From assembly GCA_963829055.1 (NCBI GenBank), contig CAWHHI010000020.1:928001-992000 (forward strand): DNA of 64,000 bases, read 5' to 3'. Every line of letters begins with the position of its first letter. The first letter of the stretch is position 1. A program made the translations under genes and the position numbers. Shown here piece by piece: positions 23,950 through 38,032 of this stretch. This DNA is from an uncultured Gemmatimonadaceae bacterium. Lineage in GTDB: Bacteria > Gemmatimonadota > Gemmatimonadetes > Gemmatimonadales > Gemmatimonadaceae. The notes under the pieces are model-generated. The model saw only the letters and a program-made list of their open reading frames with translations, did no database searches and was not told where the DNA came from.

Positions 23950-24699
23950 GCGCGACCCTCGAGCGCCTGAGTGCGTCGCTCGACGGTCGTTACGGCATCG
24001 AGCGTGAGCTTGGGCAGGGCGGGATGGCGACCGTGTACCTCGCGCGCGACGTCAGGCACGACCGCAAGGTCGCGATCAAGGTCCTCACGCCCGAGCCTGC
24101 TCACGTCGTCAGGCGCCGAGCGGTTCTTGCGGGAGATTACGACGACGGCGAACCTGCGACACCCGCACATCCTGCCGCTCTACGATTCCGGTCAGGTGCC
24201 CGCGTCCGGGAGCGATGCCGACGCGGTCGTCTATTACGTGATGCCGTTCATCGACGGCGGCACGCTCCGTGACCGTCTGGACCGCGACAAGCAGTTGCCC
24301 ATCGACGAGGCGCTCGCCATCGCCCGCGAAGTCGCCGACGCGCTCGGTTACGCGCACCGGGAGGCTGCCGCGCGGACGATCGCACTGTCAGGGCCCGACT
24401 ACCCCTTCAGCCAGGCGGTCGACGGATACGTCAAGGCGAAGGCCGGTGACACGGCGGGCGCGCGACGCGTGCTGCGAGAGATGGGAACGGCGCCGCGCCT
24501 CCCCCAGCGGGCGCTGGTGTACGCGGCGCTCGGCGAGCGCGACTCCATGTACGTGATGTTCGAGCGCGCGATCGACGCGAAGGACCCAGATGCGATCTGG
24601 TTCCTCAACGCGATCCCGTCGCTGCGTCCGATGCGCCAGGACCCCCGCTACCAGCAATTGCTCGAGCGGATGGGCCTCCCGAAGGAGTGGCGCCGATGA
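23946..24699 (+). pseudogene. Internally deleted kinase-TPR gene
   Basis: Kinase N-lobe to ADALGYAHR, then a direct jump to the TPR tail (YAALGERD...PMRQDPRY). No HRD or DFG. Confidence 0.8.
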
Positions 24700-24920
24700 C
24701 GATCGCGAGCGACTTCGTGCTGCAGACGAATCCATCGAGCCTGTTCGAGCAGGATCGTCGCTCGACACATGACACGTGGCTGCTCCAGTACACGCGGGGC
24801 GAGCGCTACGACAAGCTGCGAAAGGACCCGCGTGGGCGCGGCGTCTCCCGGCTGACGGAGAGCACTGCACGTATCCGCGCCCTCCACGGCTCCGGAGCTG
24901 CCGGCAGCGACGCTAGGTGA
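24696..24920 (+). pseudogene. Remnant of a kinase/TPR C-terminus
   Basis: ATGA-coupled start. HDTWLLQY...YDKLRKDPR resembles the terminal motif of neighbouring kinases. Confidence 0.5.
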
Positions 24921-25121
24921 CTGGCGATACGGCGCTGACGTCGGCTGACCGGTCCAACTTCAGGGCCTCGAGTGCGACCTTTCGGTCATGGCGGACGTCG
25001 CGGGCGGGATACACCGTGAGCTTGGCGCCCTCGGCCGCGAGACGTTCTACGGCCGAGCGGCCGGCGAGTCGGCGTCCAGTGAGTCAGCGGTCTGGACGCT
25101 AGTGGTCGAGGACGCAATACG

Positions 25122-27565
<2,444 letters not shown>

Positions 27566-27639
27566 TGTCACTCGATAGCCACGGCGAGGTTACTCCACGC
27601 GCACACGCCTGACGCGACTTCGCGGTGGACGTGGGTAGG

Positions 27640-27745
27640 CTACCGACTCCAGCGTAGAAGCTGGTCGATCGCCAGGTCCGGCGTGAGACGCGTCGGGTTG
27701 CTGCCGTCGTCATTCATCACGTAAATCTCGCCACCAGCGTCGTCC
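27640..27745 (-). pseudogene. 3' remnant of a TolB/PD40-repeat gene
   Basis: GEIYVMNDDGSNPTRLT...RWSR* is paralogous to the end of 28554-29561. Confidence 0.65.
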
Positions 27746-27771
27746 CGCAGGCTGCGAAAGGCAATCCGCTT

Positions 27772-28528
27772 ATGGAAGCGATGCGCGATGCCGAGCCGGG
27801 CATGTACGAGTACGAGCTGGAGGCGGCGGCGGAGTACGTGTACAAGCGCGGCGGCGCATACGGCGAGTCGTACTTCCCGCTCATCGCCGATGGGCCCAAC
27901 ATGCCGTACACACACTACCATAAGAATCGCGCGCGGCTCGAGTCGGGCCATCTCGTGCAATTCGATTGGGCGCCCGATATCGCGAACTACACGACCGACG
28001 TGACGCGCGTGTTCCCCGCGAACGGGAAGTTCACGCCGCGCCAGGGCGAGTTCTACACGATCTATCTCCGCCTGTACCAGGCCCTCATGTCGTCGATCCG
28101 CGTGCACGTGACCGCGCGCGAGATTATGGACAGCGCCGTGGTAAGAATGGATCGGATCATGGGTGCCTATCGATTCACGGATCCCGCAGATCAAGGCCAC
28201 CGCGGAGGGGTTCGTGAACCGCTATCGGCGGAATCCGAACGCGCCGGCGCGCGGCGGAGGCTCGTTAGGTCACAGCGTCGGGATGGAAGTCCACGACGTG
28301 CGGAATCCCACCCCGACGCTCGAGCCGGGCTACGTGTTCACGATCGAGCCACAGATGACCATGGAGAGTGGCGAGCTGTCGGTGCGGCTCGAGGACATGA
28401 TTCTCATTACCGAAACGGGCTATGAGAATCTCTCCGCGTTCGTGCCCATCGAAATAGTGGACATCGAGCGGCTCATGACGCAGCGCGGGCTCGGCGCATA
28501 CCGGTTGAAGGGAACGCTGGGGCGTTAG
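27772..28528 (+). pseudogene. C-terminal catalytic part of an M24 Xaa-Pro aminopeptidase; 5' truncated, frameshift near 28190
   Basis: [41 protein letters not shown]. No N-terminal domain. Confidence 0.75.
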
Positions 28529-28553
28529 GCATCCCCTCGCACCGTTGCTTCCA

Positions 28554-29561
28554 CTACCGGCTCCAGCGGGGGAATTCGTCAGCCCTGTTGCTCACCATGA
28601 GGCGCGTCTGCTCCGTACCGTCGGCGTTCATCACGTAGAGCTGTACGTTGCCATCGCGCCTGCTCTGGAAGACGATCTGCGATCCGTCAGTCGACCACGA
28701 CGGAAGCCCGTCGGACGTGGTCGCGCCGAATGTGAGCCGTGTGAGCCCCGAGTTGTCGAGGTTGAGCGTGTAGACGCCGTCCGAGCCCGAGGAATTGGAG
28801 ACGCTGAACGCGAGCCGTCGGCTGTGCGGGTCCCAACTCGGGTAGTCGAGCGTGCCGTCCTGAAACGTGAGCCGGCTGACGCCGGTGCCGTCCGTCTGCA
28901 TGACATACAACTCGGTCCCGAAGACTGGCTGATCGCGCGTGCTCACGAAGGCGATCTGACGTCCGTCGGAGGAGAACGTGGGCTGTCCGTCGAACGTGTT
29001 GTCGTTGGTCAGCCGAACAACCTGGCTGCCGTCGGCGTTCATCACGTAGATCTCGAAGTCAGGGCCCCTGGCCACCGCTGGATCGGCGGCATCGCGGTTG
29101 CTCGCGAACACGATCTGCTTGCCGTCCTTCGACCAACCCGGACTAACGTTGCTGGCGGTTCCGTTCGTCAGACGAACGACCTCGGTACCGTCGGCGTTCA
29201 TCACGTAAATCTCGCCAAGCGGATTGTCACGGTTGCTCACAAAGGCGATCCGCTTTCCGTCGGGGGACCAGACCGCCAACCGGTCCGTGCCGGGCGCGTT
29301 CGTCAACCGCTTCGGGTCGGTGCCATCGGGCTTGACGCTGTAGATCTCCAGGCTTGTTCCATCGCGATCGCTCGAGAACAGAATTCTCTGGTTGCTGCCG
29401 CTGACGTTCTTGCCAAGGTTGGGCGACGACGGCGATTGCGCCGTCGGCATGGGAGCGGCCGCATCCGAGCAGGCGTCGAGGCTGCCGGCGAGCGGCAACA
29501 GCAACGCGATGGTTGGCACGAATCTGCTCACGCGGCGAACACGATATCTCAGCATGTCCAT
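28554..29561 (-). CDS. TolB-like PD40 repeat beta-propeller protein, exported
   Basis: Repeats of WSPDGKRIAFVSNRD and EIYVMNADG...RLT. N-terminal signal with Cys. Confidence 0.9.
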   Translation of the reverse strand: MDMLRYRVRRVSRFVPTIALLLPLAGSLDACSDAAAPMPTAQSPSSPNLGKNVSGSNQRILFSSDRDGTSLEIYSVKPDGTDPKRLTNAPGTDRLAVWSPDGKRIAFVSNRDNPLGEIYVMNADGTEVVRLTNGTASNVSPGWSKDGKQIVFASNRDAADPAVARGPDFEIYVMNADGSQVVRLTNDNTFDGQPTFSSDGRQIAFVSTRDQPVFGTELYVMQTDGTGVSRLTFQDGTLDYPSWDPHSRRLAFSVSNSSGSDGVYTLNLDNSGLTRLTFGATTSDGLPSWSTDGSQIVFQSRRDGNVQLYVMNADGTEQTRLMVSNRADEFPRWSR

Positions 29562-29651
29562 GATCTGGTTGGTTGAAGGAAGTGGCGCTATGCGCGTTAT
29601 GTCCCATCACGCCGTCGCCGGTGGAATCCGGACACCCCAGGAGTGTGCGCC

Positions 29652-30224
29652 ATGAGTCTTCTCGGGCACGCCGATGACGCGGCCGCCATGCAGCGGCTCG
29701 CATTCGCCCTTGTCGATCGTTACCGCATCGAGCGCGAGCTCGGGGCTGGGGGCATGGCCACCGTGTACCTCGCGCACGACATTCGGCACGATCGCCCGGT
29801 CGCGATCAAGGTCCTTCATCCCGAGGTGGCCGAATCGTTAGGCCGCGAGCGATTCCTGCGCGAGATCCGCCTGGCCGCGAAGCTCACGCACCCCCACATC
29901 CTGCCGCTGCACGACTCGGGCGAGGGCGACTCGCGGCCCTATTTCGTGATGCCCGTGATCGAAGGGCAGACTCTCCGCGAGCGGCTGCAGCAGGAGGGCC
30001 AGCTGTCGGTGGAGTCGGCGGTGCGGCTCGCGTCCGAAGTGGCCGACGCACTCGACTATGCCCACCGGCGCGATGTCGTCTACCGCGACATCAAGCCGGA
30101 GAACATCCTGCTGCACGAAGGCCACGCGATCGTCGCCGACTTCGGCGTCGGTAAGGCACTGACTGCGGTTCCAGGGTCTGTTGACCCGGTCGTAGAGACC
30201 ATCGAGCTCCCGCGTGCTGCCTAA
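29652..30224 (+). pseudogene. Ser/Thr kinase truncated shortly after DFG
   Basis: DRYRIERELGAGGMATVY, YRDIKPEN, DFGVGKAL, then a stop without the GTPxYMSPE segment. Confidence 0.8.
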
Positions 30225-30296
30225 CGGCTCCAGCGGGAAGCGCTTGCGGCGGTGACTCGGGCCCGGTAGCATGGCTCGAACCCAGCAAGGCAAGCG

Positions 30297-31357
30297 ATGA
30301 GAACCACGCTCCGCGCATTTCTCGACCTCTTTTCGGGGCAGGGCCCAGCAGAACCACTGGAGCCGGACGACGACGAGCTGTTGATCGACCCGGACGCTCG
30401 CCTTTCCAAAGCGGAGCGAGCAAGGCGAAATACCGAGCGGCGTCAGGACCGCCAGCGGATCCTCGCCGAGGATCCGCATCATCCGACCGTCGAGCACATC
30501 GTCGACAATCGCGTGTTCCTCCTCGGTCTCGATCAACTGTATCGCACGAGAATGAAGCGCCACGAGAGTACGGAACTGCTCGCCTGCGCGCGTGCGGTCG
30601 CGGCGAAGCTGACCGTTCTCCCGGCCGGCGTGCCGATCGAGGGTTACTACGGGGAGACGACGAGGCTCACCGAGTACTTCCGCCTCATTCGCGGTCTGCA
30701 GAGCGTGGACAACAACAAGGTTGGTCGCGTCGCGCGGATGCGCGAATTTCGGCGGCTGTCCTCCATCATGGCGGCGCCGTTGTACGGGCGCCCAGTCAAA
30801 CAGCGTACTCTGTTTCCAGTCGGCTACGACTCACTCACGCAGGCGCTCGATGACACCACCGGGGATCTGAGTCAATTGACCGTTGGCAATCTCGTGGACC
30901 GTCGCATACCGCGTCGCGATCGAGACCAAGGACTTCTCCCTCGTGGGCCTCGCATTCTTTTGCGCGAGACGCGGTGATGATGGCCGCATTACGCGAGTCC
31001 GTCGTCTTGTACGCCGGAGTGACCAGATTTTTTCGGGAGCCCCTCGAGCCGCCTGTTCCCGTCTATGTATGGCACGTCGATCACGAGCTCGCGCGCCGAG
31101 GCGCGCGCTTCGCGGCCACGTTCAACGAGCTGTTCGATGACGATCTGCCGGAGCCCGTCGCGGAGAACGCGGATCTCTTCTTCGAGGCGGCGGACGAGAA
31201 CAAGATCTACGGACGATGCGTCCGTATCGCCGAGGACCCGGAGGCAGGCTTTTACCATTGGGCGGTGCGCCTCGGAGCGGATGGGAGACCGGCGGTCGAC
31301 GACTTTTGGGACACCGAGGTCTGGACGACTGAGCGCTATGAGCTCGAACGCGCGTAG
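30297..31357 (+). CDS. Hypothetical protein, weakly DUF3160-like; frameshifts near 30900-30970
   Basis: Consecutive ORFs with EGYYGETTRLTEYFR and AALRESVVLYA segments. Confidence 0.55.
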
Positions 31358-31422
31358 CGCCAGCGGACTCTTCGTACCGTGCCCCACTCTGGTAATGACT
31401 GGGAACTCACCGACGAGGACGT

Positions 31423-32112
31423 ATGAGCTGCGCTCAATGCGAGGGCATTGATCAGTTGTTCGACTCGAAGCGCGCACGCCGCCATCTCGAGAAATTCCGG
31501 CGCAAGGGCGCGGACCGGACGACCCGGATGCTCATCGAGGATGTGCAGGCCGCAATGCCCCAGCGCAGCGACGGCAACTCGGCCAGCCTCCTCCTCGATG
31601 TCGGCGCAGGTGTTGGGGCCATTCACCACACATTGCTCGACCGCGGAGTCGAGCGGGCGGTACACGTGGATGCGTCGTCGGCCTATCTGCGCTCCGCGCG
31701 CGAAGAGACTGAACGGCGAGGCCACGTGACGCGGGTGGAGTTCGTTCAGGGAGATCTCGTGGATGTTGCGGACCGCGTTCCGACGGCAGACATCGTCACG
31801 CTCGACCGCGTCATCTGCTGCTACCACGACATGCGCGGGCTGGTATCGCGATCGGGCGAAAAGGCGCGCTTCGTATACGGCGCGGTCTATCCTCGCGAGG
31901 GCTGGTGGACCCGACTCGTTGTCAATGCGGAAAATGTGTTCTTCCGGCTCCGAGGCTCTCCGTTTCGCACGTTTCTCCATTCGCCGAGCGACATCGACTC
32001 GGTGCTGGCGGCGCAGGGGCTTCGACGCCGGAGTGTTCGGCGCACAGTGGGATGGGAAGTGGCCGTTTACACGAGGTCCAACGCGGGCGATTCCGAGTCG
32101 CGGACGTCGTGA
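31423..32112 (+). CDS. Class I SAM-dependent methyltransferase
   Basis: LLDVGAGVG, FVQGDLVD, VTLDRVICCY. Confidence 0.85.
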   Translation: MSCAQCEGIDQLFDSKRARRHLEKFRRKGADRTTRMLIEDVQAAMPQRSDGNSASLLLDVGAGVGAIHHTLLDRGVERAVHVDASSAYLRSAREETERRGHVTRVEFVQGDLVDVADRVPTADIVTLDRVICCYHDMRGLVSRSGEKARFVYGAVYPREGWWTRLVVNAENVFFRLRGSPFRTFLHSPSDIDSVLAAQGLRRRSVRRTVGWEVAVYTRSNAGDSESRTS

Positions 32113-32135
32113 TCGGCTGCTTCATGTTCGAATTG

Positions 32136-34404
32136 TCAGCGCGTCGGTCCGGCCGGGTGTTCGATCATCACGTGCGACCACCACGTTCCCGACGCCATGA
32201 CGTACGGCATCTGGGTCCGCTGGAGATCGGACACTGTCGACTCGTCAGGCAAGCCCATCGACACTGCAGTGGCAAACGGGACGTGGAGCGACTGCCAGCG
32301 ATTCATTTGCGCCGTTACCGCGCCGGTCGCCGGAACGTATGCGTCCTGAGGACCGAGCACGCGGTAGCCGGCCGCCGGATGCGCGGGCAGCGTCAGCGTC
32401 CCCGCGCGCACGTCTGCCGTGATGCGTGCGTCGAGCGAGTCACTCGTTAGGCCCGACCGAAGCAGGTCACCAACCCGGAACATGAGCCGAATCATCGTCG
32501 CCTCGTAGCACCGCGCGTCCCACGCCGCCTCACCGGGCACAACCCGCATGCACACCATGCCGTTCGATCCTTGTCGCACGACGACTCGACGGCCCGGCGA
32601 TTCGATACGCATCACCGTCGCACCGCTTTGCAGTTGCTCCGGCAGCGGCAGCACCGCGAAGCGGATGTCGTCGCCGACCGCGTCGTTGCCTCCGACCGCC
32701 GCTGGCCTGAAGCGCCCGGCCGCACCGGCACGCACCTCGGCCAGCGCGGGGACGTCTGCGTCCGCGCGTTTCCAGATCGTCAGTAGTTGCGTGTACGACT
32801 TGATTGCCGCGTCACGGTCACCCATGGCGACACGTGCACGCGCCAACCCGAGCAGTGAGGCAGACCGGTTGGGTACATGGGCGAGCACGCGCTCGAACTG
32901 GGCAGCCGCACTGTCGGCACGCCCGGCTTTCATGTACTCGGCGCCGAGGAGCTCTCGGGCGAAAAGGAACGAGGGCGGGCCAACCATCGGAATCTGATCC
33001 TCGAAGTCGCCGGCGTGAGAGAAGCGCTCGATCGCCCGCGACCGGTCTCCGCGCGCTTGCGCGAGCAACCCCTCGAGCTGCGACGCCAGGAAGTCAAACG
33101 CGGGCGGCGCGCGACGACCGGCGGAATCAGCGCGGGACCGGAACGTGGCAGCGCCCGCCGCCAGCGCCGCCGTATCTCCGCGCACTCCCTGAATAACGAC
33201 GCGCTCGTAATCGGCGCGCATCGCGAAGAACTGCTCGCGTCCGTTCTGCGCCGGCCTTTTAGCAGTTGGCGGAAGGACCGCGTCGTTCCAGCGGCCGGTC
33301 TGGGCGGCCGCGAGAAACGCCAGGTTCGACACGGCGTAGCGTCCATCGATGTGGGACGCGGCGGAGACGTCGGCGTTCCCGATCACCCGGCGCGCGGAAT
33401 CGACCAGCGCACGCGCAGCACGCCAGCGTCCGCTCTCGAGATACGCGTAGGAGAGAAAGAGCAGGCTGTGCGAGTCGAGCTCGGCTCCGCTGAGGTGGTC
33501 ACGCGACCATCTCGCGACGCCATGCGGCCCACGACCGCTCGTTCGACGCGGCGACTTCGTCCCACAGTCCGAGCCGAAGGAATACGTGGGACGGCATGTG
33601 CAGTGCGTGCGACGCGTCCGGTGCTATTCGCGCGTAGGCACGGGCCGCGGGCAGCGCGGACGTCGTGAACGATGGATCCTCGTCGGAAATGTGGATGAGA
33701 TAGTGCGGCGCTCCGGGGTGGTTCGGATTCGTCCTGAACACGTGCTCGGCGCGCTCGACCATCTGCTTCGCCCGAACCTTCTTTGTGTCGGGCGGGTACG
33801 CGTCCTCGCCGATCGCTATCACGAGTGCGAGTGACGTGAACGCGGCAGCCTCCAGGTCGTCGGGGTACAGGCTCGTTAGGCTGCGCATCGAATCCGCGAA
33901 CGCGCGAGCGCGAACCTCCATCGATGTGTCGGCGAAGAACGCCTCGATGGCAGCACCATAGGCGCGTTCGCGCGGCGTCGCTGCCCGGGCCAGGCGGGCT
34001 TGCAGCGTCGGTTCCAGCCGCGCGAGCACCTGACGGGCCGCCTTGGGGTCATCCTCGCTCCACAGCGGGTGCGAGTGCGTGAACGCCTCGAACCAGTACG
34101 GAAGGGCGAACGCGGTGTCGGCGCGCTCGGCGGCTTGAAAGGCTTTCGCCGCCTCCTCGTAATGGAAGCTGTGCAGGAACGCGATTCCGCGGAGAAACGC
34201 CGCCTGAGCGCGAGCGTTGGCTGAGGTTGGGAATGCAACTGTGCCCAGGCGCGGAGCGCCTTCGCCTCTGGCGTCGTGCGCGTGTGTGTCGGCCTGGGCG
34301 ACCAGCGGGTGAGCCTGAAGCGCCAGCGCGAGCGCCGTCGTTCGGGCGATCCGTCGTACCCACTGGCGGCGGATCGAACCCGCCTGATCAATGTGTCGTG
34401 TCAT
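32136..34404 (-). CDS. Secreted TPR-like protein with an extra C-terminal domain; frameshifts near 33385-33520
   Basis: LHSFHYEEAAKAF, HPGAPHYLIH, HALHMPSHVF, PNRSASLLGLARA, then a separate domain ending WSHVMI. Confidence 0.8.
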
Positions 34405-34657
34405 TGTTCTCGAAGCCGTATGCGAGTCGTATGTGCGTTCGCGACTCGACGACATGTGGGTGGGCTCGCGCCGAACGGTGGCAACGACGCCTAACGACCA
34501 GTATACGGCGCGCGTCCGGGACGGGATAGAGCCAGCCGTGCCGCAGCCGCGTCTCCTGCTCGCCTGGGGAGTCGGCAGCGTCCTTGACGGTCACCACAAT
34601 GGGCCCCATGGTTCCCGCGCGTGACTGGAGCATTCCCGTCCCCTTTCCCAGCGACGA

Positions 34658-34873
34658 GTGACGACGGCACCGCAACGTCTCACGACCGTGCTCGGCGATC
34701 GCTATCGCATCCCAGCCGGCAGCAGTCGAAGCGTTAGGCTCGGCGACGCACCGGTGCAGGGCCCGCGCACCGAATGGGACTCGTGGGACGGGCGACGGTT
34801 CGTCGTCGTCAAACCCGTCGACCGGCCCGACATCTATCTGCTTCGCAACTTCGGCGAGCTGCTGAAACGCTGA
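34658..34873 (+). pseudogene. Collapsed kinase gene (N- and C-terminus only)
   Basis: MTTAPQRLTTVLGDRYRI joined to DGRRFVVVK...IYLLRNFGELLKR*. Confidence 0.65.
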
Positions 34874-34895
34874 TCCCGCCGCATCACTGACACGA

Positions 34896-37800
34896 TCAAG
34901 GCCCGAGGCGCGCGTGACGTCGCGCAGCCGCCGCCTGTTGCGCGTACGGGGCGTCGCCATGCTCCCACGCGCGCGCCACCCAGGCGTGGTGCACTGCAGC
35001 GCTATCCGCACGGCCCGCCGCGTCCCACGCCTGGGCCAGGAGCGCGTGCACCTCGGTGTGCGTCACATAATAGTTCGACGCGTCCACCTTCCCACGCAGC
35101 ACCGGCTGCAGGGCAGCGATCGCGTCGCGCGGGCGGCCACGCTCGAGCAGGACGACGGCGAGATCGTAGTTCACGCGCGTGTAGCCGGCGGGCCAGGAAA
35201 AGATCGCGGACCGAAATGCGGCCTCGGCGCCGTCCAGATCGTTTCGAGCGAGGAGTACGAGCCCATGGACGTAGCGACCGAGCCGGCGATCACGCACGTG
35301 TCCACTCTGCGCGCCCACGGCGTCGATCGTGTCCGCCAGCGCCACCACGGCCGCCGTATCCCCCGCGCTGGCAAGCGCTCGCGCCTTGTGCGTTAGGCGC
35401 CACGCCCGCTCCCGCGCCCGGCCGGACGGTGCCTCCTCCGGCGCCCGCCAGTGCGATATCGAATCGAACAGGGCGGCAGCCTCCCGGTACCGGCCAGCCT
35501 CGAACAGGATCGCCGCGAGGGGAGCGGCCGACGGCGACACGGCTCCCACGATCCCGCTGTCGAGCGGCACAGCCAGGGCGCGGTACTGTCGCGCGACGGT
35601 AGCGGCTTCCGTCAGCCGGCCCTGATAGCGAAGAGACAGGATGAGCTGCCAGAGCGCTTCGCGCTGCGCCGGTGCGTTGCCGGCTTGGAGCGCGGCACGA
35701 ACCAGTCGCTCGCCCGTCGTTAGGTCTCCGGTTCGGAGTGCGTGTGTCGACGTCCGGGTCACTGCCGCCACGGGATCCTGGTCGAGCGCGGCAATGCGCT
35801 CGGTCAATTTCGCGGCGTCCGTGAACTTCCCCGCGCGCTCGAATACATCCCAGAGCGCGATCCACGACGCGGCAATGTGGGGCTGCAGTTGCGTCCATCG
35901 CCGCGCTTCCCGCTCCGCCGCGGCGAGTGAGTCAGCCACATCGTAGGCAGCCACGATCTGGAACATTGCCGTACATGCGTTGCAGCCGCCCACGCTGTCC
36001 GCGCGCGTGAACGACAGGGAGTCCATGGCAATCACGCGCTGAAGAGGGGCGATGGCCGCCATGTACTCGCCGTCCTGAAGGCGCGCCAGACCGGCGTAGA
36101 GGTGGCCCTCTGTTTCCTGCGGGTACCGGTTCACGAGCGAATCGGCGACCACTCCCAGCTCAGGCGACGCCGCGAACCAGGCCCAGCCTGCTCGAATCGT
36201 CAACCGCTCTCGTTCCGTTGCACGTGCCGAGAGTCGCAGGGCCCGATTCAACCGGTTCATCATCGGCACGCGCAACGTCGATGTGCGACCATATTGGTAG
36301 GCCGCCATGGCAAACATGGAATCCTCTCGCACCGCCAACCCGAACAACCGTTCGGCCGTCGCAAGGTCTCCGTCCGCGAGCGACTGAAGTCCTTCGACGT
36401 AGAAGCTGTACGCCGCCACCGACCTGGTCGTGGCGCCGGCGATCGATCCCGAAGGAACAGGACTGCCGTGCGCCGCAACGAGGCGTGCCGTTCCGCTGTC
36501 CACCAGCGTGAAGAGGTCCTGCCCCTCGATCGAATGGACGCCGCTGATCGCGCCCGTCGCGAGGTCGACGCGCCGCAGATCGAGGCGAAGCATTCCCTCG
36601 GGACGCGCATACAGGATGCCGTCGATGATCTCCGTCGCCCCCGCCTGACGCGCCGCCTCCACAAAGCCCGCTGCGCCGGTGTCCGCCGGCGTTCGGAGGC
36701 GACGCAGCAGTTCCAGCATTCGCCCCGCACTGACGACCCGAAGTCCGCGCGAGCGCCCAAGGCTCGTGGCCAGAAGATCCGCGACCGGGCCGGCGAGCGC
36801 GCGCGTCGACGAGTCCGCACCGTAGCTGACGATGCGCCCCACCGCCACGACCACCGATGGCTCGTTAGGCGACAAGGTGCCGAAACGTCCCTTGAGTCCC
36901 TGCGTGGCCAGAAGCCCCGCAGCGGCGACGCCAGCCAGCGCCGGGATGAGCCATGCCCGAGTCCAGATGCGCGATGCCTGGCGAGTCGATTGGCGCGCGG
37001 CCACGCCGCTCGCGACCTCGACCGGAGCCGGCGATGGCGATGGCATCGCGCGCTCCACGGCGTCGCTCGCTGGCTCGGACTGGGGGACGACTCGCTCCAC
37101 CTCCGCCGCGACGTCCGGCGGCAGCTGATCGCCCGTTGCGATAGGCGGGGCAGCCGGCTCGGCCCGCGCGGCTCCGGGAGTGGGCCGGGTGACTTCATCA
37201 GAGTGCACGCGCAGCCGCTCGGCCAACGCGGTGACCTCCTTGTCCGGCGGAAGCTCGAGCTCCTGCTCGACGAGCAGTTCGTAGACGCGAGCGTGTCTGA
37301 TCGCGCCAGCACGATCGCCGGACGCGGTGAGCGCTTCCATGAGCCCAACCGCGACGCGGGCGTTGAGCGGCTCGAGTGCCGCGAGCCTTCGCCACCAGCC
37401 GACGGACACCGCGGCGTTCCCGCTAGCGAGCGCACTGCGTGCGAGTGACTCGACCACCCGCGCATGGTCCTGCGCAAGCACCGCGCGTTCGCGCTCGACC
37501 CACCGCGTGAATTCGTCGGCGCCGGAAACGTGGAAGCCGTCGAGGAATGGTCCAGCGTACAGCTCCGCCGCGCGTGCGTCGTTGCCGCGCGAGACCGCCG
37601 CGGCGAACTCGGTCACATCGGTCGTGACGAGCGCGGGATCAAAGCGGAGGTCCTTCGAGCCGCCGATCGCGTCTTCGGCGACCAGGTCCTTTCGCAGCGC
37701 GTAGAGCGCCTGGGAGAGCGTGCGCGATCCGCGCTCGTCGTCGGCGTCGGGCCAGAGCAGCGCGAGCACCTTGTCGCGTGACACGCCCCGCTCACCGGCG

Positions 37801-37913
37801 CGCGCGAGCAGGGCCAGGATCGCCATGCGCCTGGGCTGAGCGGCGGCCCCCGCGAGGGAGGCACCATCGCCGCCACGGACGGAGAGACAACCGAACGTCT
37901 GAATTCGGATCAC
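34896..37913 (-). CDS. SARP/BTAD-domain transcriptional regulator with TM helix and TPR tail
   Basis: IQTFGCL, SRDKVLALLWPD, LSQALYALRK, LYAGPFLDGF, LAALEPLN, a hydrophobic segment and TPR helices. GTG start inferred. Confidence 0.9.
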   Translation of the reverse strand: MIRIQTFGCLSVRGGDGASLAGAAAQPRRMAILALLARAGERGVSRDKVLALLWPDADDERGSRTLSQALYALRKDLVAEDAIGGSKDLRFDPALVTTDVTEFAAAVSRGNDARAAELYAGPFLDGFHVSGADEFTRWVERERAVLAQDHARVVESLARSALASGNAAVSVGWWRRLAALEPLNARVAVGLMEALTASGDRAGAIRHARVYELLVEQELELPPDKEVTALAERLRVHSDEVTRPTPGAARAEPAAPPIATGDQLPPDVAAEVERVVPQSEPASDAVERAMPSPSPAPVEVASGVAARQSTRQASRIWTRAWLIPALAGVAAAGLLATQGLKGRFGTLSPNEPSVVVAVGRIVSYGADSSTRALAGPVADLLATSLGRSRGLRVVSAGRMLELLRRLRTPADTGAAGFVEAARQAGATEIIDGILYARPEGMLRLDLRRVDLATGAISGVHSIEGQDLFTLVDSGTARLVAAHGSPVPSGSIAGATTRSVAAYSFYVEGLQSLADGDLATAERLFGLAVREDSMFAMAAYQYGRTSTLRVPMMNRLNRALRLSARATERERLTIRAGWAWFAASPELGVVADSLVNRYPQETEGHLYAGLARLQDGEYMAAIAPLQRVIAMDSLSFTRADSVGGCNACTAMFQIVAAYDVADSLAAAEREARRWTQLQPHIAASWIALWDVFERAGKFTDAAKLTERIAALDQDPVAAVTRTSTHALRTGDLTTGERLVRAALQAGNAPAQREALWQLILSLRYQGRLTEAATVARQYRALAVPLDSGIVGAVSPSAAPLAAILFEAGRYREAAALFDSISHWRAPEEAPSGRARERAWRLTHKARALASAGDTAAVVALADTIDAVGAQSGHVRDRRLGRYVHGLVLLARNDLDGAEAAFRSAIFSWPAGYTRVNYDLAVVLLERGRPRDAIAALQPVLRGKVDASNYYVTHTEVHALLAQAWDAAGRADSAAVHHAWVARAWEHGDAPYAQQAAAARRHARLGP

Positions 37914-38032
37914 AGCCGGCGGCCTGCCACGTGTTGTGGGCGGTGCGGCTAAGGTAGGTCGCCCCTGAGCGGGGAGCAACGGAGCGGATCGTTCGCGAGT
38001 GCGCTGCATGGCGACGGAACAATCGGCGTGCG

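Noticed and set aside
31423..32112. Methyltransferase as bchM (photosynthesis)
   Set aside because: Only general similarity, and no photosynthesis genes in the window.
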